Of a DNA stretch of 64,000 bases, positions 22,941 through 36,673 are shown in pieces. A program made the position numbers and the translations under genes. The stretch comes from Podarcis tiliguerta. Lineage: Eukaryota. The stretch is from assembly GCA_965153285.1 (NCBI GenBank), contig OZ229111.1, one strand, 5' to 3'. The notes under the pieces were generated by a model. That model did no database searches. It had not been told where the DNA came from and saw only the letters and a list, made by a program, of their open reading frames with translations. Position 1 is the stretch's first letter, and every line of letters starts with the position of its first letter.

Positions 22941-23611
22941 GTGATTAAAATTCTGGGGGTTGCTGAAATGGAGAGCCGCAATTCACGGAAGAATTGGATT
23001 GATGCCATCAGGCAACTTCATTCCAATGGACTCCATTCATTTGTTATTGGCACCCACAAAGGAATTATAAGATGTTATAAAAGAATCTATTTTTGTAACT
23101 TTGACAGTATTTTTTCCAGAAAATTAAAAGAAGCAAGTAGCTTGTTTATCTCTTTTTTTGTATGTGTATACAATATAGCAGAAGACCCAATAATTGATGT
23201 CTCAAAGGCTATGTACAGCCCTCTAAAATCTTGATCTACATCACCTTATGGTGAAGCTATAAACCCTCAGTGGTGACCATAGAGGCACAACATCTCACTG
23301 AGAGTCAAGCAAAGCAACTGGCAAGAAATATTATTTTACATACAAATATTCATTCCACCCTCTAAAAGGTCCTATGAAAAACTTCACAGTTAAATGCAAA
23401 TCAGATGCTTTTACTCCTGGCCAGTTAACTTAATCTCCATGGCCACTGAGATGAGGAATTGAGATTGACTGACTGGCGGTTAAAGGGCAAAAAGTCATTA
23501 GTTGCGGAAAATAATCAAGTATCCTGTTGCCCAACTCAGACCAATATACCAGCTGTGCACATTCCTGGTATGGTCAGTCCTGGCCATGATCTGACATGTA
23601 TTATTTAGATC

Positions 23612-23790
23612 TCATAAAATCATAGAATTGTAGAGTCGGAAGGGACCCTGAGGGTAGTCCAAGACCCTGCAATGCAGGAATCTCAGCTAAAGCATCCATG
23701 GCAGATGGCCATCCAACCTCTGCTTAAAAACCTCCAAGGAAGGACAGTCCACAACCTCCCGAGGGAGTCCATTCCACTCTCGAACAGCTG
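23612..23790 (-). mobile_element. CR1 3' end fragment (similar copies at ~52500-52625 minus and ~50925-51085 plus)
   Basis: ccttccaactct plus (ATTCTATG)n-type tail and a CR1 3' UTR body. Confidence 0.7.
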
Positions 23791-26700
23791 AACTATTATC
23801 TTCGCTGGACTATTATCCTATGCTCTATAAGGGGTTGCTTTTGAAAACTTCAATCGGTGCCGATTACTGCTGCTAGACTCTTGATTAGGACCATGTGTTG
23901 GGATCATGTGACCCCTTTATTTTATCAGCTGACTGGCTGCTGGTTCATTTCTATGTGCAATTCAAGGTGCTGGCTGTATCCTTTGAAGCCCCAAATAGCT
24001 TAGGACCAAGTTTCCCAAAGAATGACCTCTTTCCATGTGAATCTGCTGGTCCTTTAAGATCAGTTGATGTGGCCCTCTTAAGCATGCCATTGGCTTCTGG
24101 TGGCAATTTGTGAGAGGGCTTTCTATGGAGCACCACTCCACATATGGAACTCCCTGAACCAGGAAGTCAGGCCAACCTTCATCTTTATCTGTGTCCTGTG
24201 GGCATCTGAAGACTCCCATCATCCCCAGCGAACATGAGCAATGGTAAGGGATCATGAGAGTTGTAGTTCTCCAGCATATGGAGGGCCACAGGTTCCCCAC
24301 GCCCATTCTGTAAACCCATGTTTCCAAAATTGGGTCTCCAGCTGTATTGGACTACAGTTCCCATTATCTATGACCACTGGTCCTGCAACTAGGGATGGTG
24401 GGAGTTGTAGTCCCAAAATAACTGGCGACCCAAGTTTGGGAAACACTGTAGACTAATCTGCTTTTATTGAAGACTTATTTTCCCTAATAGGTGTGACTGC
24501 AATAAAACTGCATTACACACTTAAGAAAGGTTTTATTATGAATCTATGTGAGTTCCAATCTGCTAACCTCCCTCTCTTACAAAAAAAAAAAAGGTTCATT
24601 AAATATTATTCTCTCTTTACTGCATTCCTCCCTGACATGAATTTTGCTGTAATATATTACTGTGCTCTGTTTTATGTAAAACCTAATTAAACATCAAAAA
24701 TAATAGTGTGCTGCATTAATTACTTTATGGTCTCCAAAAACATAATTTATGAAACATTAAAGCAAAATAATTCAGTTACACCCATAAAGTAACTGAATTT
24801 ACACCCTGAAGGTAAAAAGAGCAGGAAAGGGAAAGGGTACAGAATCTCCATAGTGACAGCTGGAAAAATGGCATCTGCAAATGACTGGAGGAGACATAAT
24901 TTCACCTGGGATGAAGAAACCTTTCAGCTCATCAACCCCAGGTTTTAACAAGGCCCAACCTACTCATAAGGCAAATCTCCTCTTGCCCTCCCGCCCTCCC
25001 CCCCACCCCAGGCACTGGGCACTTGGAAGGACCCATGCCACCAGCTGCCTTGTGCAAATGCTTCTGTTTCTCAGCTAGCTCTCTTGCTACTTCCAGCCAA
25101 GAATGAAATTGCTTACAATTACTAGCAATTACAGGGAGCACTCTCAACAGAAGTTGGAGAAGAAGAAAGGGGGTGCGTGCACACAGTCCAGGAGGATCTG
25201 CTCGAAATGATTGTTTGGGCAGATCAATGGACTAATTTCTTTTATAATAGCTTTTATGCTGTAACCAAGTAGCAAATGTTATTGATTTTGTGGAGTGCCT
25301 GTCATTTAGGCAGGCAGAGGATGGGAGCAAAGAGGGATTGCGGATCACAGAGTCCCTAAAAAAGGGCAGAAAGGAATAATGCAATTCTATGTGGGTGGTA
25401 CACAGAGATGCAAATCCACCCCGCTCCCTGCGTCCACACAATAGGATCATTGTCCACAGAGGATGGGCTGTGTCCCAGAAGCATCCATCTTTCCCCTCTA
25501 TCTGTGCCAAGGAGAGAATTGGAAAAACAACAACAATGAAAACTAGTGTTTATATGAATTCCTACATTTCACCAAGCCTTTTTTTGAGCTGTGAGATTAT
25601 TTGGATTCAGGGTATTCTCCAGATACCTCTGAATTCCCCGGACACCCCCTTCCCTGACACCAGCTTGTTAGATGGAGCACTGTCACTTCATTAGTTCATG
25701 AAGCTCCATTTCTCTCCGCTCTTGATACTTCTTTTCTGGAATGAACAAGGCAAGAGTTCCAAATCCAACAGCTGCAATTCAGGTTCCCTCCCTACAATAA
25801 TTCTGTTTGTGTTCCGAATGAAGTTGCCTTCCACCCGATCATGTGAAAAATTAATAAATATATCAGTTGAAGGACCGGAACTGCAGGACACATGAGAAGT
25901 AACTGGAGATGAATGAATTACACCCAAGAAGTTGATTAAATGAGTTGTGCAAAATTAACAATGAGAAAACAGGATGGATGTGATGCAGCTGATTTTAAAG
26001 CTTGATCTAATTATTATTATTTTCTTATTAAGTTTTATTTCTTATAATCGCCCCTTTCTCATACAGAGCCCAGGGTGGCTTACATCATCCAAAAAACCAT
26101 AGGCTTAAACAACATAATTAAAACTATAACCTAAAAAAAAAAAAAAAAAAAGTAATCGAAGTGTAGAACAACCAGTGATACAGTTACAGCAAATGGGTCT
26201 CTCTTACTATGTCACAAAGGCCTGCAAAAATAAATAGATCTGGAAGTGATTCCTGAATGAAAATAGCAGGGAGACAACAGGAAGTTCCACAGAGGATGCC
26301 ACCACTGAAAAGGCCTTGCGTTACATTCACCAGGGGATCCACATCCAGCACCAGCACCCCCACTATGGAACTCAAAACTTTGTTTGGCTGGTACTAGGGC
26401 AAGCTTGTTCAGGACTGTGCATGTTAGTACTAACAACTTGAAATGATCTAATAAAATGGTATTATCATGAAACATATTTTAGTTTCTGCATGTAGCCTGA
26501 ATCCACATTTGCCAGGCGTGAAGCATCTCACCTCTCAGTCTTTACCTCCCAGGAAATTCGAATAAATCCCAATTTGAGCTCATTGCTAAGATTTTTGTCC
26601 AAGGGGTTGTTTTGTGTCCTTTCATCTGCTGCAGGAAGTAAGATTCCTTGGATGTGAATTTTGTATTTTGTCTAGAGGTTCCCTTGGCAACTCTTGCAAC

Positions 26701-26964
26701 AATTTATTTTATCTTATTTCAACATTCATAGACCTCTGATTATCCACTTCTTCTGGGCATTTATCAAGCAACAGGGTTATCACTTGGTAACATTATTTCT
26801 CATGTATATGTGTAGTAATTGCATTGTAAGAAACATCTGTTGATATTAGCTAATCTTTGATAGCCATTTCCCACTCAAACAATGTAGTTTGATAACTGAA
26901 ATTCCCATACCATATCATAAGTATGGTTGCATGATTGGTGCAGATTCTCTTACATCTGAGTATA

Positions 26965-27206
26965 CAGTGGTACCTCGGGTTACATACGCTTCAGGTTACA
27001 TACGCTTCAGGTTACATACACTGCTAACCCAGAAATAATACTTCAGGTTAAGAACTTTGCTTCAGGATGAGAACCGAAATCGTGCTCCGGCAGTGCAGCG
27101 GTAGCAGGAGGCCCCATTAGCTAAAGTGGTGCTTCAGGTTAAGAACAGTTTCAGTTTAAGAACAAACCTCCGGAACGAATTAAGTACTTAACCTGAGGTA
27201 CCACTG
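26965..27206 (+). mobile_element. Tc1/mariner-type MITE (~242 bp family)
   Basis: CAGTGGTACCTC...GAGGTACCACTG TIRs after a TA. Other copies at 51220-51461, 51877-52117 and 57533-57773. Confidence 0.85.
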
Positions 27207-27905
27207 GATTGGGGATAAATTTCATAGTGTCTTGTTTCATAATGGTAGCTTAATGTATCTTGTTCCAATATGTGTTTATTTTGTTGATGGTGTTTGTTTA
27301 ATATTAAAGGCTGCTGATCGAGAAAGCAAGGGGAGGCAGACAGACAACAGACAGATCCTCAGCTATGCTTTTGAAGAACATAGACTCAAGGGATGGGAAA
27401 ATACCAGGAAATACATATTATGTTATTGAAGCACACATTCCAAATGCCTCTCTAGTAGTTGTAAAATTATGTCCCATAGCACCTATATATTGATATGGTT
27501 TATGAAAACTTTGATTCCAGAAATGTACTACTGCAGCAAGGAGATTTCATGTCCTTCAATATGTGTGGATCGCATAAACTCTATGCTAATAACCTCCATC
27601 TCTGTAAGCTGGAAAAACAGGTATACATACATTCTCCTTAACAACCCCTTATAAAACCTGCTAGGCCTCATGGTAAAATGTGGCACTTCTCACAAATACT
27701 GCAACAAGCAATAAACAGAAGAGAGAGGAGCAGAACCAAGCATTGTGCAGAGGCAAGTAATTGCTATTACAGTTGAGAGTCACCTAAATTTCTTGGAAAT
27801 GGTTTGCCAAGAGAATGCAAGTTACCTCCAGCTTGATGGTTTTTACGGAGTGTGAAGAAGATGCCTCACATATCTGCTTCCTGTAGCTAACAATGCAGCA
27901 CTTAC

Positions 27906-28092
27906 GTTTCTCTGGTGTCACTGTTGGCAGTGGTTCAGGGTGCCTCTTTAGCTCTGGAGGGATGAGGTGGTCTTCTCCTTCGCAGCAGGAAAGCATTACA
28001 TGGCTGCAAGGGTAGCCAAGATTGGGGTTGGACTCGCAGCTTTGACCTTCACTTTTCACTCGTAGGCCCAACGCACAGCAATCGCAGCATTG
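27906..28092 (-). CDS. FBLN2: Fibulin-2 coding exon (exon 5 equivalent), anaphylatoxin-like module 3
   Basis: QCCDCCALGLRVKSEGQSCESNPNLGYPCSHVMLSCCEGEDHLIPPELKRHPEPLPTVTPEK. Acceptor cttctcttgcag|CAA, donor C|gtaagt, 187 bp, phase 0 to 1. Confidence 0.95.
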
Positions 28093-28691
28093 CTGCAAGA
28101 GAAGGGGACCGTTAGCACGGCAACTGTGGCAGTGTCACCAAATAACTACTATATATTATTCTTATTTACTAATTTATATATCACTTCTATGCCAAAATGG
28201 CTTCTAGCATGATGATCGTCACTGGTGGGCAGAAATGTGAGAGGAATTCAGTTCAATTCATATTGAAAGTGAACTTACTAACTTCCCCCAATAATACATG
28301 AACTGAAGCATGGCCATCCTAAGAAATGTGTACTTCCTAGTGCTTTTTTTCCGGTCGGAGTGTGCCAGAGTGCAGTCCCAGCACCTCTCTGGTGGGCACC
28401 ATTGCTGGTTGGCACTCCCCCCACACACACACACTTCTTGCCTTTATGTACTTCTGAGAAGCCCAAAACAAACAATGCATGTCAAAATGGAAGCTGCCCA
28501 GCGTGCGTGAGTCTACACTTTTTAAAGATCTATGACTCCACCCACCTTCTAGCTGCAGTTGGTCTAGCTAAGGGGTGGGGTAGTTCACATTTTCTTCAAT
28601 CTGTCTCCCCTGTAGTGGCAGCAGGCTTTAAGCTTTCCAGCTAGGCCTCTACCATTGCACACACACACACTTGCACGAGGGCCCTTCTGAG

Positions 28692-28881
28692 CATAGCTGT
28701 CAACTTTCAGATTTGAAAATAAGGGATCAGCAGCCTTGAAAATAAGGGGTCAGCAGCCTCATCTATCCCAGGGACAGTCTACAGTATATCTAACAATCCG
28801 GGATAGCAGCAGGAAGCAGCAGAAACGGTGCCAAAATAAGGGAATTTTTTCCCGCAAAAAAAGGGAAGGTTGACAGCTATG
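28692..28881 (+). mobile_element. hAT MITE
   Basis: TIR CATAGCTGTCAAC/GTTGACAGCTATG, perfect 8-bp TSD CTTCTGAG. Confidence 0.88.
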
Positions 28882-31582
28882 CTTCTGAGCTGCCCTAGCC
28901 ATCAGCCCGAATCTAAGAAAATTAGGGAGGCAGGGGTGCATTTGTTTCACCTGCACCAGAATCAGGGGCACTGGAATCTGTGCAGGGCTGCCCTGAGTCA
29001 CCCAGTGACTAACTGTAACAAATTCATGTCATATTTAATATATCAGGCTCACGTGTGAACCAGCTTTTCAATATAGCTGCACAAGACCTATTGTGCTTGG
29101 GCTTCAGCAGCTAAAATGGCATCTTTATGGTGGACTTCATCATTCTGCAAATCCCTGTTTTCAGCACAAAGGTTTCAGGATCATATATCAGATTTTCCCC
29201 CCCAATATGTTTCTTTATGATTTGTGACAAAATTCACATTAACGAACACAACAGTCGATCCGTACCTACTAGTAAATGTTGCAATCACCCACAACAAGAA
29301 GTTTCAAAGCTGAAAATTCAAGTATAATAGACCTGTTCTTTCTTACTGAGAAACTTAATTTATCGCAGCAGGTAATTATAATTACCCCTACGGCATCCAA
29401 TTTATGATTCCATTTTCAAACTGTTAAATCAAGCCACAACAAACAATAAAACTGCACATAATTTTCCAACAAACAAAAACAACTAAAAAGAGCTGGGTTT
29501 TCCACCCCACAGCTCTTTCTTTCCTAGGTGCAATACAGAGAAGACAACTGAAAGAGACATTTTAATGTGTTTTTATGTTAATTTAATGCTGTAACAAAGT
29601 GCTCATGTGTATTTTGAGCTGATGCCAAAATACCTCCCCCTATTCCTTCATTGGCAGGCTGGCTGATTGACAGTATAAGCAGCCAGTCACAAGAAATGTA
29701 TTATTTTAATCTCAGGCCCATTTCTCTCTGGGCCTCATAATGTCTGCAGCAAAATTGGCCCCATAGCATATGAGGGAAGTGGTGAAGGGGATAGTGCTCC
29801 TGAGTTCAAAGAGGAAATAGCACCAAAGGCTAGGCATCTTCACAACTGCCCTGCAGAGTTCATACCCATTTTCTGAAAATTTCACTGGTTGCTGTTTTGA
29901 TTACAGGCTGCTTTCAAGGTATCGATTTTTAACTTTAAAGCTGCAACCCTATAAGAATTTGCCTGGGAATAAATAAATCAGGTGCAAACTAAAAATAATC
30001 TATTTTCCAGGTAAAGTAACCCCCTCTGATTACAAGCCTGGCTTGTCAAGCACAATGGACCTTTTGCATTGCTTTCTCCCCACTGTGGTGTTTAGAGACA
30101 GTATTTTTGCTTTTAATAGATGCCTGTCTGAAGCATTTTTTAAAAATCTGGATTGCCTTGGAGCCATGAAGCACTTCAGAGGTGCTTCAACACACACTGC
30201 CTTGAAGATCTCTCAGTTCACCTTTGGCAAGCTCTAAACCTTTCAAAAGCAGTCTTCTTCAGCTTGGGATTTAGAATTTATCTGAATCTGATGCACACCT
30301 CTAATATATATGTCTCCGTGGAGCAAAGGTGATGTTTTATCAAACTTCTGAGATAAAATTAGCCTCTACCTGAAACATAGCAGGACCTGCACTGTGAGTT
30401 TGCTCCCTAAAGGTACTGACCAGACCCTTCCCACTGCGGTTTTTGTGAGATCTGTCAGGATGGCTTTATTCCACTGAGGCGTCTAAGAAGTAGGGCTACT
30501 TACTTTGACTTCTTAAGAAGAGAGGATTGGTTCATTTGTGTTTAAGAAGATGGAATATTGTTAACATCTTGCATCTGTGTTGTTCTTATGAACTGATTTT
30601 ATAATGTTTTGCATTGTTGATGTTTTATTTTTCTTATAATCTGCTACTTTGAGGACCCTAGTCGTCAAAATGTAGTAAACAAATTCAAATGTACATAAAT
30701 ACATTTTATATTCCTCCTAGAGTCTTCCGTAGACTAGAGTGTCATTATGGACTAAACTTGGAATCTTTAATGAGCAGAGTGTCCTGCAGCATTTTTATGT
30801 TTTCCACGCCTGCTTTTATTCTTTTCTTCTAACTTCCTTCTTCTCTTACAGATGTCATCTTTATTGTACTTCCCTCCATCTGGGCTTGAGGTTTTATCTT
30901 TTCAGTGTGTCGGATGCTTTCATATTCATATCTCTGTAGCCTGCCACAGAATACTAAATGATGTTTAAGAGCACGCATGCTTTTAAACCAACATTAATTG
31001 GCTCAATAAAAGGAATCTGTTATTTTATTTCTTTTTTTATAGGTACACTACCCTTAATCAAAGGAATGAGAAGCAGAATTACAGAATTGTACGAAGCTTA
31101 TCAAGCACAATTAAGGCTGTAAGGCTGATTGGGTTGTCTCAGAAAAAAACAGAATGCCCTCAGGACTAAGTGTTACACCAGTCTTAGTGACATTCACCAC
31201 AACCCAATCCAGTAATACAGATATGATAATATGCTTCCCTTTCCCATTCATCTTGTTTGCTCATTCTTGCCAATACCCCACAGTGCACATTTGTAGTTGG
31301 GAAACCCAATCCCATTTTCTCTATGCCTCAAAAATACTCTTTGAAGTCTTATTATTAAATGTTCTTTTGAAGGCATCTTCCTTGAACCATCAGCCAGTGA
31401 AGGCTGGCCCATTAGGGCAAATTAAGCCCTGGACTGCCAACATCAGCCTGCCCCCCAGCTGGCCCCCAGGTGCCTGCCTTCTTAGTGACAACCAGCCCCA
31501 GTGCTGGCCCTGGCCCTCAACTTCCTCCTTCTCCTTAGTCTGACAGAGTTGTAGAGTTGGAAGGGACCACAAGAACCATCTA

Positions 31583-31909
31583 CCTGAAGGAGCGTCTCCA
31601 CCCCCATCGTTCAGTCCAGACACTGAGGTCCAGCACCGAGAGCCTTCTGGTGGTTCCCTCCATGCGAGAAGTGAGGTTACAGGGAACCAGGCAGAGGGCC
31701 TTCTCAGTAGTGGCACCCGCCCTGTGGAACGCCCTCCCATCAGATGTCAAGAAAATTAAAAACTATCTGACTTTTAGAAGACATCTGAAGGCAGCCCTGC
31801 TTAGGGAAGTTTTTAATGTTTAATGTTTTATCTTGTTTTTAATATTCTGTTGGGAGCCGCCCAGAGTGGCTGAGGAAACCCAGCCAGGTGGGCAGGGTAT
31901 AAATATTAA

Positions 31910-31978
<69 letters not shown>
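31583..31978 (+). mobile_element. L2 LINE 3' fragment with (TTA)n(CTA)n tail, inserted into a tRNA-Lys-like/CR1-tail SINE
   Basis: Encodes RAFSVVAPALWNALP...FRRHLKAAL (L2 ORF C-terminus). The SINE 3' part is at ~31545-31582 and the tRNA head at ~31979-32065, both on the minus strand. Confidence 0.75.
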
Positions 31979-33543
31979 GCAGTACAGGAATCTTTTGCTC
32001 AATGTGTGGCTAGAACCTACAACCCTGGAATTAAGAATCTCATGCTCTACTGATTGAGCTATCATCTCAATGCCACACTTGTTGAACAAAGCAAGCAGGA
32101 GGATGGGGACAAGTGATGTCATTGGCTTTACCTGCCATTGGCTCTGGCTCCACCTCCTCCACCCCCAGTCCCAATGGGCACTAGCCACCACTGCCAAGAG
32201 CAGGAGGCTGAATGCTAGCAAACACAGCATGCATTTCCTATTTCAAACAGCTCACCATTCAACATTATTTAATAGGTGACCAGGTGTAGTTGCACCAGTA
32301 ACACCACCCTGACTTACAATGCTGCTTACAATGCAATTGGGTGCATCTCTTCTCATAAGCAAGTCCCATCAAACCTTTTTATGGGACTTGCTCCCAGGTA
32401 AGCATGCATGAAATCACAACCCCGTTCTCTGAAATAATGAGCATGGAACAAGACTTCACTGCACAAAGAAGTAATTCCCGAAATTTTGAGGCGTCCTTGA
32501 CAAGCAGTTCTGCCTGTTCCCTCACTAGGAATTTTATGGCAACTGGGCTGTACAGTTTATATCATAGCAACATCCTTTGCAGATAAATGATCCATAACAC
32601 AAATCTCAGCATAGCATTTTTACTCATTTTCAGAAATAATCAAATACTGTAATAATGTCCTGAAAATTAGATTATTCAGTAGGAATAATAAGCCTCACCA
32701 ACCAATTAACCCCTGTGTTGCACCAAGAATGACCTTACATTTTTCATACTAACAGAAGTTATTCATAAGACACTTTGATATTACAAGACTTGGCAGGATT
32801 AATGCATTTCCTGCTGAGGCAATGGAAAATTACACTCGGGAGTATCAAACAACTTTGTAAATGGTGATCAATGTTTAATGAATTCTGAAACCTTCAGTTT
32901 GGCTACAATCTGGAAGAAAGGACATAATAAATAAGGAGTCAGATCCTAAGCAGGCAGAAACTGGCAAGGCTCCATTGTATGGGAATCAATGAGGTGAATG
33001 AAGCTGTGCAATATTTTTTTTTGCCAGGGCAAATCCCCCTCCCCCTCCCCCTAATTTAGCATCTGCATCAATCTTTATTTATGAGCTAAAGTTTCTGGAG
33101 TCAAACATTTCTTCCTCTAAGTCAAGTGTTCTGTTCAACTGCTCAGTTCAGCTTCAATCCAATAAGTGGTTAAGGGCTGATGTAATCTACTTCCCTATCT
33201 ATAATATGATTTTTAAAAAGCAAGTAACATGCTGTTAAGTATAATACTGGAGATAGACTTCTTAAGCTATGCACTAATGAAATTCTTATCTATTAGATAT
33301 ATGGAAAAGCAAATTAAAATGAAGGCCCTGAAATTCAAGATTGTGCATCTGCTTGAAGCAGAGAAATAAATATGAGCAGTCAAAATGCTTAGCTAAGTGA
33401 AATTTTCATTCTTGGTCCATGATGCTTTGCAATTAAGGAGAGAGAGAGAGAGAGAGAACAAATGCCAAACCCTTAAAAGTGCCAAAGCTTAACCTGATTT
33501 GAATTAGTAATGGTACCACAAAGGTTTCAGCATTGTGCCTTGC

Positions 33544-33673
33544 CTTATAAAACGATCCTCCGCAGGTCTCACTTTCATCCGGGCCACACAATTCACCTTC
33601 TCTGGCAGCAATCATGCCAGCAATGCAGCTGTTTTCCTTTAAATACGAGACACAACACTGCTTCTGAGCAATT
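33544..33673 (-). CDS. FBLN2: Fibulin-2 coding exon (exon 4 equivalent), anaphylatoxin-like module
   Basis: (R)IAQKQCCVSYLKENSCIAGMIAAREGELCGPDESETCGGSFYK, within ORF 33433..33732. Acceptor ttgtag|A, donor AAG|gcaagg (GC), 130 bp, phase 2 to 0. Confidence 0.93.
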
Positions 33674-33827
33674 CTACAACAAATAAAACACATGTTGCTC
33701 ACAAAAGGCAGGTTTCTACTTGCAAATGCCATTATTCAGTAAGAACTGACACCACTGGACACGCCAAAGAGATTGGCAGCACTATTTTGCAACTCAAAAT
33801 GCTGAATCAAGAGGTCAGCAGGGGCAA

Positions 33828-33829
<2 letters not shown>

Positions 33830-33868
<39 letters not shown>
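33830..33868. repeat. (TG)n microsatellite (others: (ATT)n ~52378-52414, (CA)n ~54242-54264, (GTT)n ~59387-59420)
   Basis: Read directly from the sequence. Confidence 0.95.
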
Positions 33869-33871
<3 letters not shown>

Positions 33872-36178
33872 GCAGGACTGTGTTTGCCGCAACAGGAAGG
33901 TTGTGGAATGATGTTAGTGGAGCTCTAGGTTCATGGCACTGTTGCCCTGCAGGGATCAATCCTGCAGGCTTCTTTGCCAGCATGTTTCCCACAGGATTGC
34001 ACTTCTCCACTCAATCCTGCTGGCTGCAGGGGGCTGCTTTGTGCTGGCAAAGCAGCACCCAGCAGGTTTAAACCATCTGCTTGCCAGCTGGTTCAGTGCT
34101 GACGACTTTAGTGGTTTGCTTCACCACACCCAGCAGCACCAAACCCGGAGATTCCCCCCGTCCCTCCAGCACTTTACATTTGGCTTGGGAATGCATTGGC
34201 AACTAGCGCAACTGATGCAATCTTGGTCTTGCATGATCCAACTGCCTAGAGTTGACCGTGATTTTAGCAACCGTGATTCAGAAGGATCTAGGGGCCAAGT
34301 GGTGGGTCTCAAATTAGTTTCTCCATGTCCTTAAAATGCATCCATAACAACATGACTATTAGCACTGTCCATCTCGGGGGGGGGGTCTGCAAGATGCCCA
34401 GCAATCCACTGGATGCTTACTTGTGAGTAAGTCTCTGTTCTGAAATCCTGGAAAGTTCTGTTCTAGATGGACCAACAAGTCTGATTTAATATAAGGCACT
34501 TTCCTATGGTCCCTATGCAGGAACATACATTCCAGGTCTTGATCAACATAGAAATATTATATATTGCGGGGTGCCAACTTGAATAAAATATTGGGGGGCA
34601 GGTAAGCCATGCCCCAATGTAATAGATCACATGACACAGTGCGCACACACTCTTTGAATGGCAATGCTCATCAACCTTGGGAAGGACCAGCCCCCTCAAA
34701 TATTTTATTCAGGGAGCCAAAGGGAACTTGGCCCCTAGAGGTTGGCTCCTATGTTATATTATCCTGCCAGAGACAAGCATTACCATTCCATCCATGGCAA
34801 ACATGGATTCAGTTATTCTCATTCTTTATTTATTGGCTCAGTATGCATATATCCAGTCCACACCTTCCATTAGCTCAGGCCATGAGAAGAGGCGGAATTG
34901 TGCAGTTGCTATAAAAGCATAAAATGAGGTGGTTTGACAAGCTCCTCTTTGTATAAATACATACCAAATATCATGCTTCTATCACCAAGTGCACTTTTTT
35001 CTCCTCGCTAAGCTCCTGTACTCCACCAATATCAGATCTACTTTGGTTATTTGTAAACTTGCTATAGAAAGTTGCAGTGAAATGAGTATAATCTTTTGAG
35101 CAGGAGTTCAGTCTGATATTTACATATGGAATGAGAAGAAAGACCCATTAATTAAATTCTAAATCCCTTTGTAAGGAGCTCATTTACTTAAAATTTGATC
35201 TTTTTTATTTAGTTTCCATTTGTGCTAGACATTTCCCCCCACAAATGAGAGAGAAACTGACTCACATTTTCTTAATTGCAGTATTCCTGCTATTTTAGAC
35301 CAAGAGTCTTGATTCCTTTATGTAACTATAATAGTGCACTTCTTAGCAAATGGGTCATATCCAATTCTGTGAGATTACGCTGGGGAAACAGACTTTGTAA
35401 AGGCCGAGATTCAGGTGGCAGTGACGGAAAGTAAGCATCCCATTAACTCAGTTCCATATGCACAGTCCTTTGCATAGTGCACTTTATGTGTGCCGTTTAT
35501 GAGAAACAGACTTTTGCACTTAGCACAGATTCTCAGCAGGGAGCTTGATTTTTATCAGGCAAAATTAAAGGCCTTATCTTATTCATCTATAGCATTAAAA
35601 AAATCATCGTATGATCTGCGATAAGCCAAAATAATTGTTCTCCTGTAATTGGAGGAATGTGCATATTAAAAGGTTCAAGTTCATTAAGGCTCTATATTTT
35701 GGGAGAGAAATGTTCCTTATATATATGTCAGGCCGTCTTGCCACACTTCAGTAAGTTTATGCAGCATGTGCGCAGATGGGCTTATCCATATCTTTCTTCT
35801 GCACTTTCCATGCATGTTCCACAATTTAAAGCTCTGTGACTGGGTGCATCCCTCCTCCCACCCCTCCAGAGCTTTCCTGGTGAAAACTAGCTCTTTATAG
35901 CTCAATCAGAACAAACGTCAGTCTGCAGAAAACCTGAATTGATGTTTGGTCTGATTTAAGTTTTAAAGAACAGGTTTTTGTGAGAAAAGCTTGGGGCCAA
36001 AAAAGAGAGAAAAGGCACGCTTGGACATGGAGTGTTAAAGCATGGAGCTCTGGGTGGAAAGAGCAGGGCAAATGGTAAGTGTGGATAATCCCTGTATGTG
36101 TGTAACATGGATCATATGTCAGATTATAAAATGCAGGCTGTTTGTCATTTTTCAGCTTCTTAACTTTAGTTTACATAC

Positions 36179-36290
36179 CTGCAAATATCGCCATCAGCTC
36201 CACTTACAGGGATTTCTGTGCATTCATTGTTGTCAATAGCCCACTGTTGTCCAGCAGCACAGCAAGTTTCAATTAAATCTTTTGTTGAAC
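36179..36290 (-). CDS. FBLN2: Fibulin-2 coding exon (human exon 3 equivalent), anaphylatoxin-like module 1
   Basis: Manual translation (G)STKDLIETCCAAGQQWAIDNNECTEIPVSGADGDIC(R) closely matches fibulin-2 as I recall it. Acceptor ttttcag|GT, donor AG|gtatgt, 112 bp, phase 1 to 2. Not shown in frame in the ORF track. Confidence 0.95.
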
Positions 36291-36452
36291 CTGAAAAATA
36301 GCAGATATACAACTATATAAAATACGCTTTGGGAAAACAGATTTTTGTATGCTAGGATGAGTTCTGCAACCTGGTCTCCTGATTTTGTACAAAGGGACAC
36401 ACCTGGGTATATCTGTGAAAATTCCATTGTGCAGAAGCTTACAATTACAGCA

Positions 36453-36673
36453 CAGTCGTACCTTGGAAGTCGAATGGAATCCGTTCTGGAAGTCTGTCCG
36501 ATTTCCAAAACATTCAGAAACCAAAGTACAGCTTCTGATTGTCTTCAGGAAGCCCCGTTGGACGTTCGGCTTACAAAAATAGTTCGCAAACCAGAACAGT
36601 TACTTCTGGGTTTGCAGCATTCAGGAGCCAAAATGTTCGAGAACTAAGCTGTTTGAAAACCAAGGTACAACTG
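36453..36673. mobile_element. Tc1/mariner-type MITE (related copy ~50355-50595)
   Basis: cagtcgtaccttgg...ccaaggtacaactg-TA termini. Confidence 0.7.

Noticed and set aside
31820-32230. Poly-Leu and poly-Ser/Asn ORFs
   Set aside because: Translations of the (TTA)n(CTA)n microsatellite tail.
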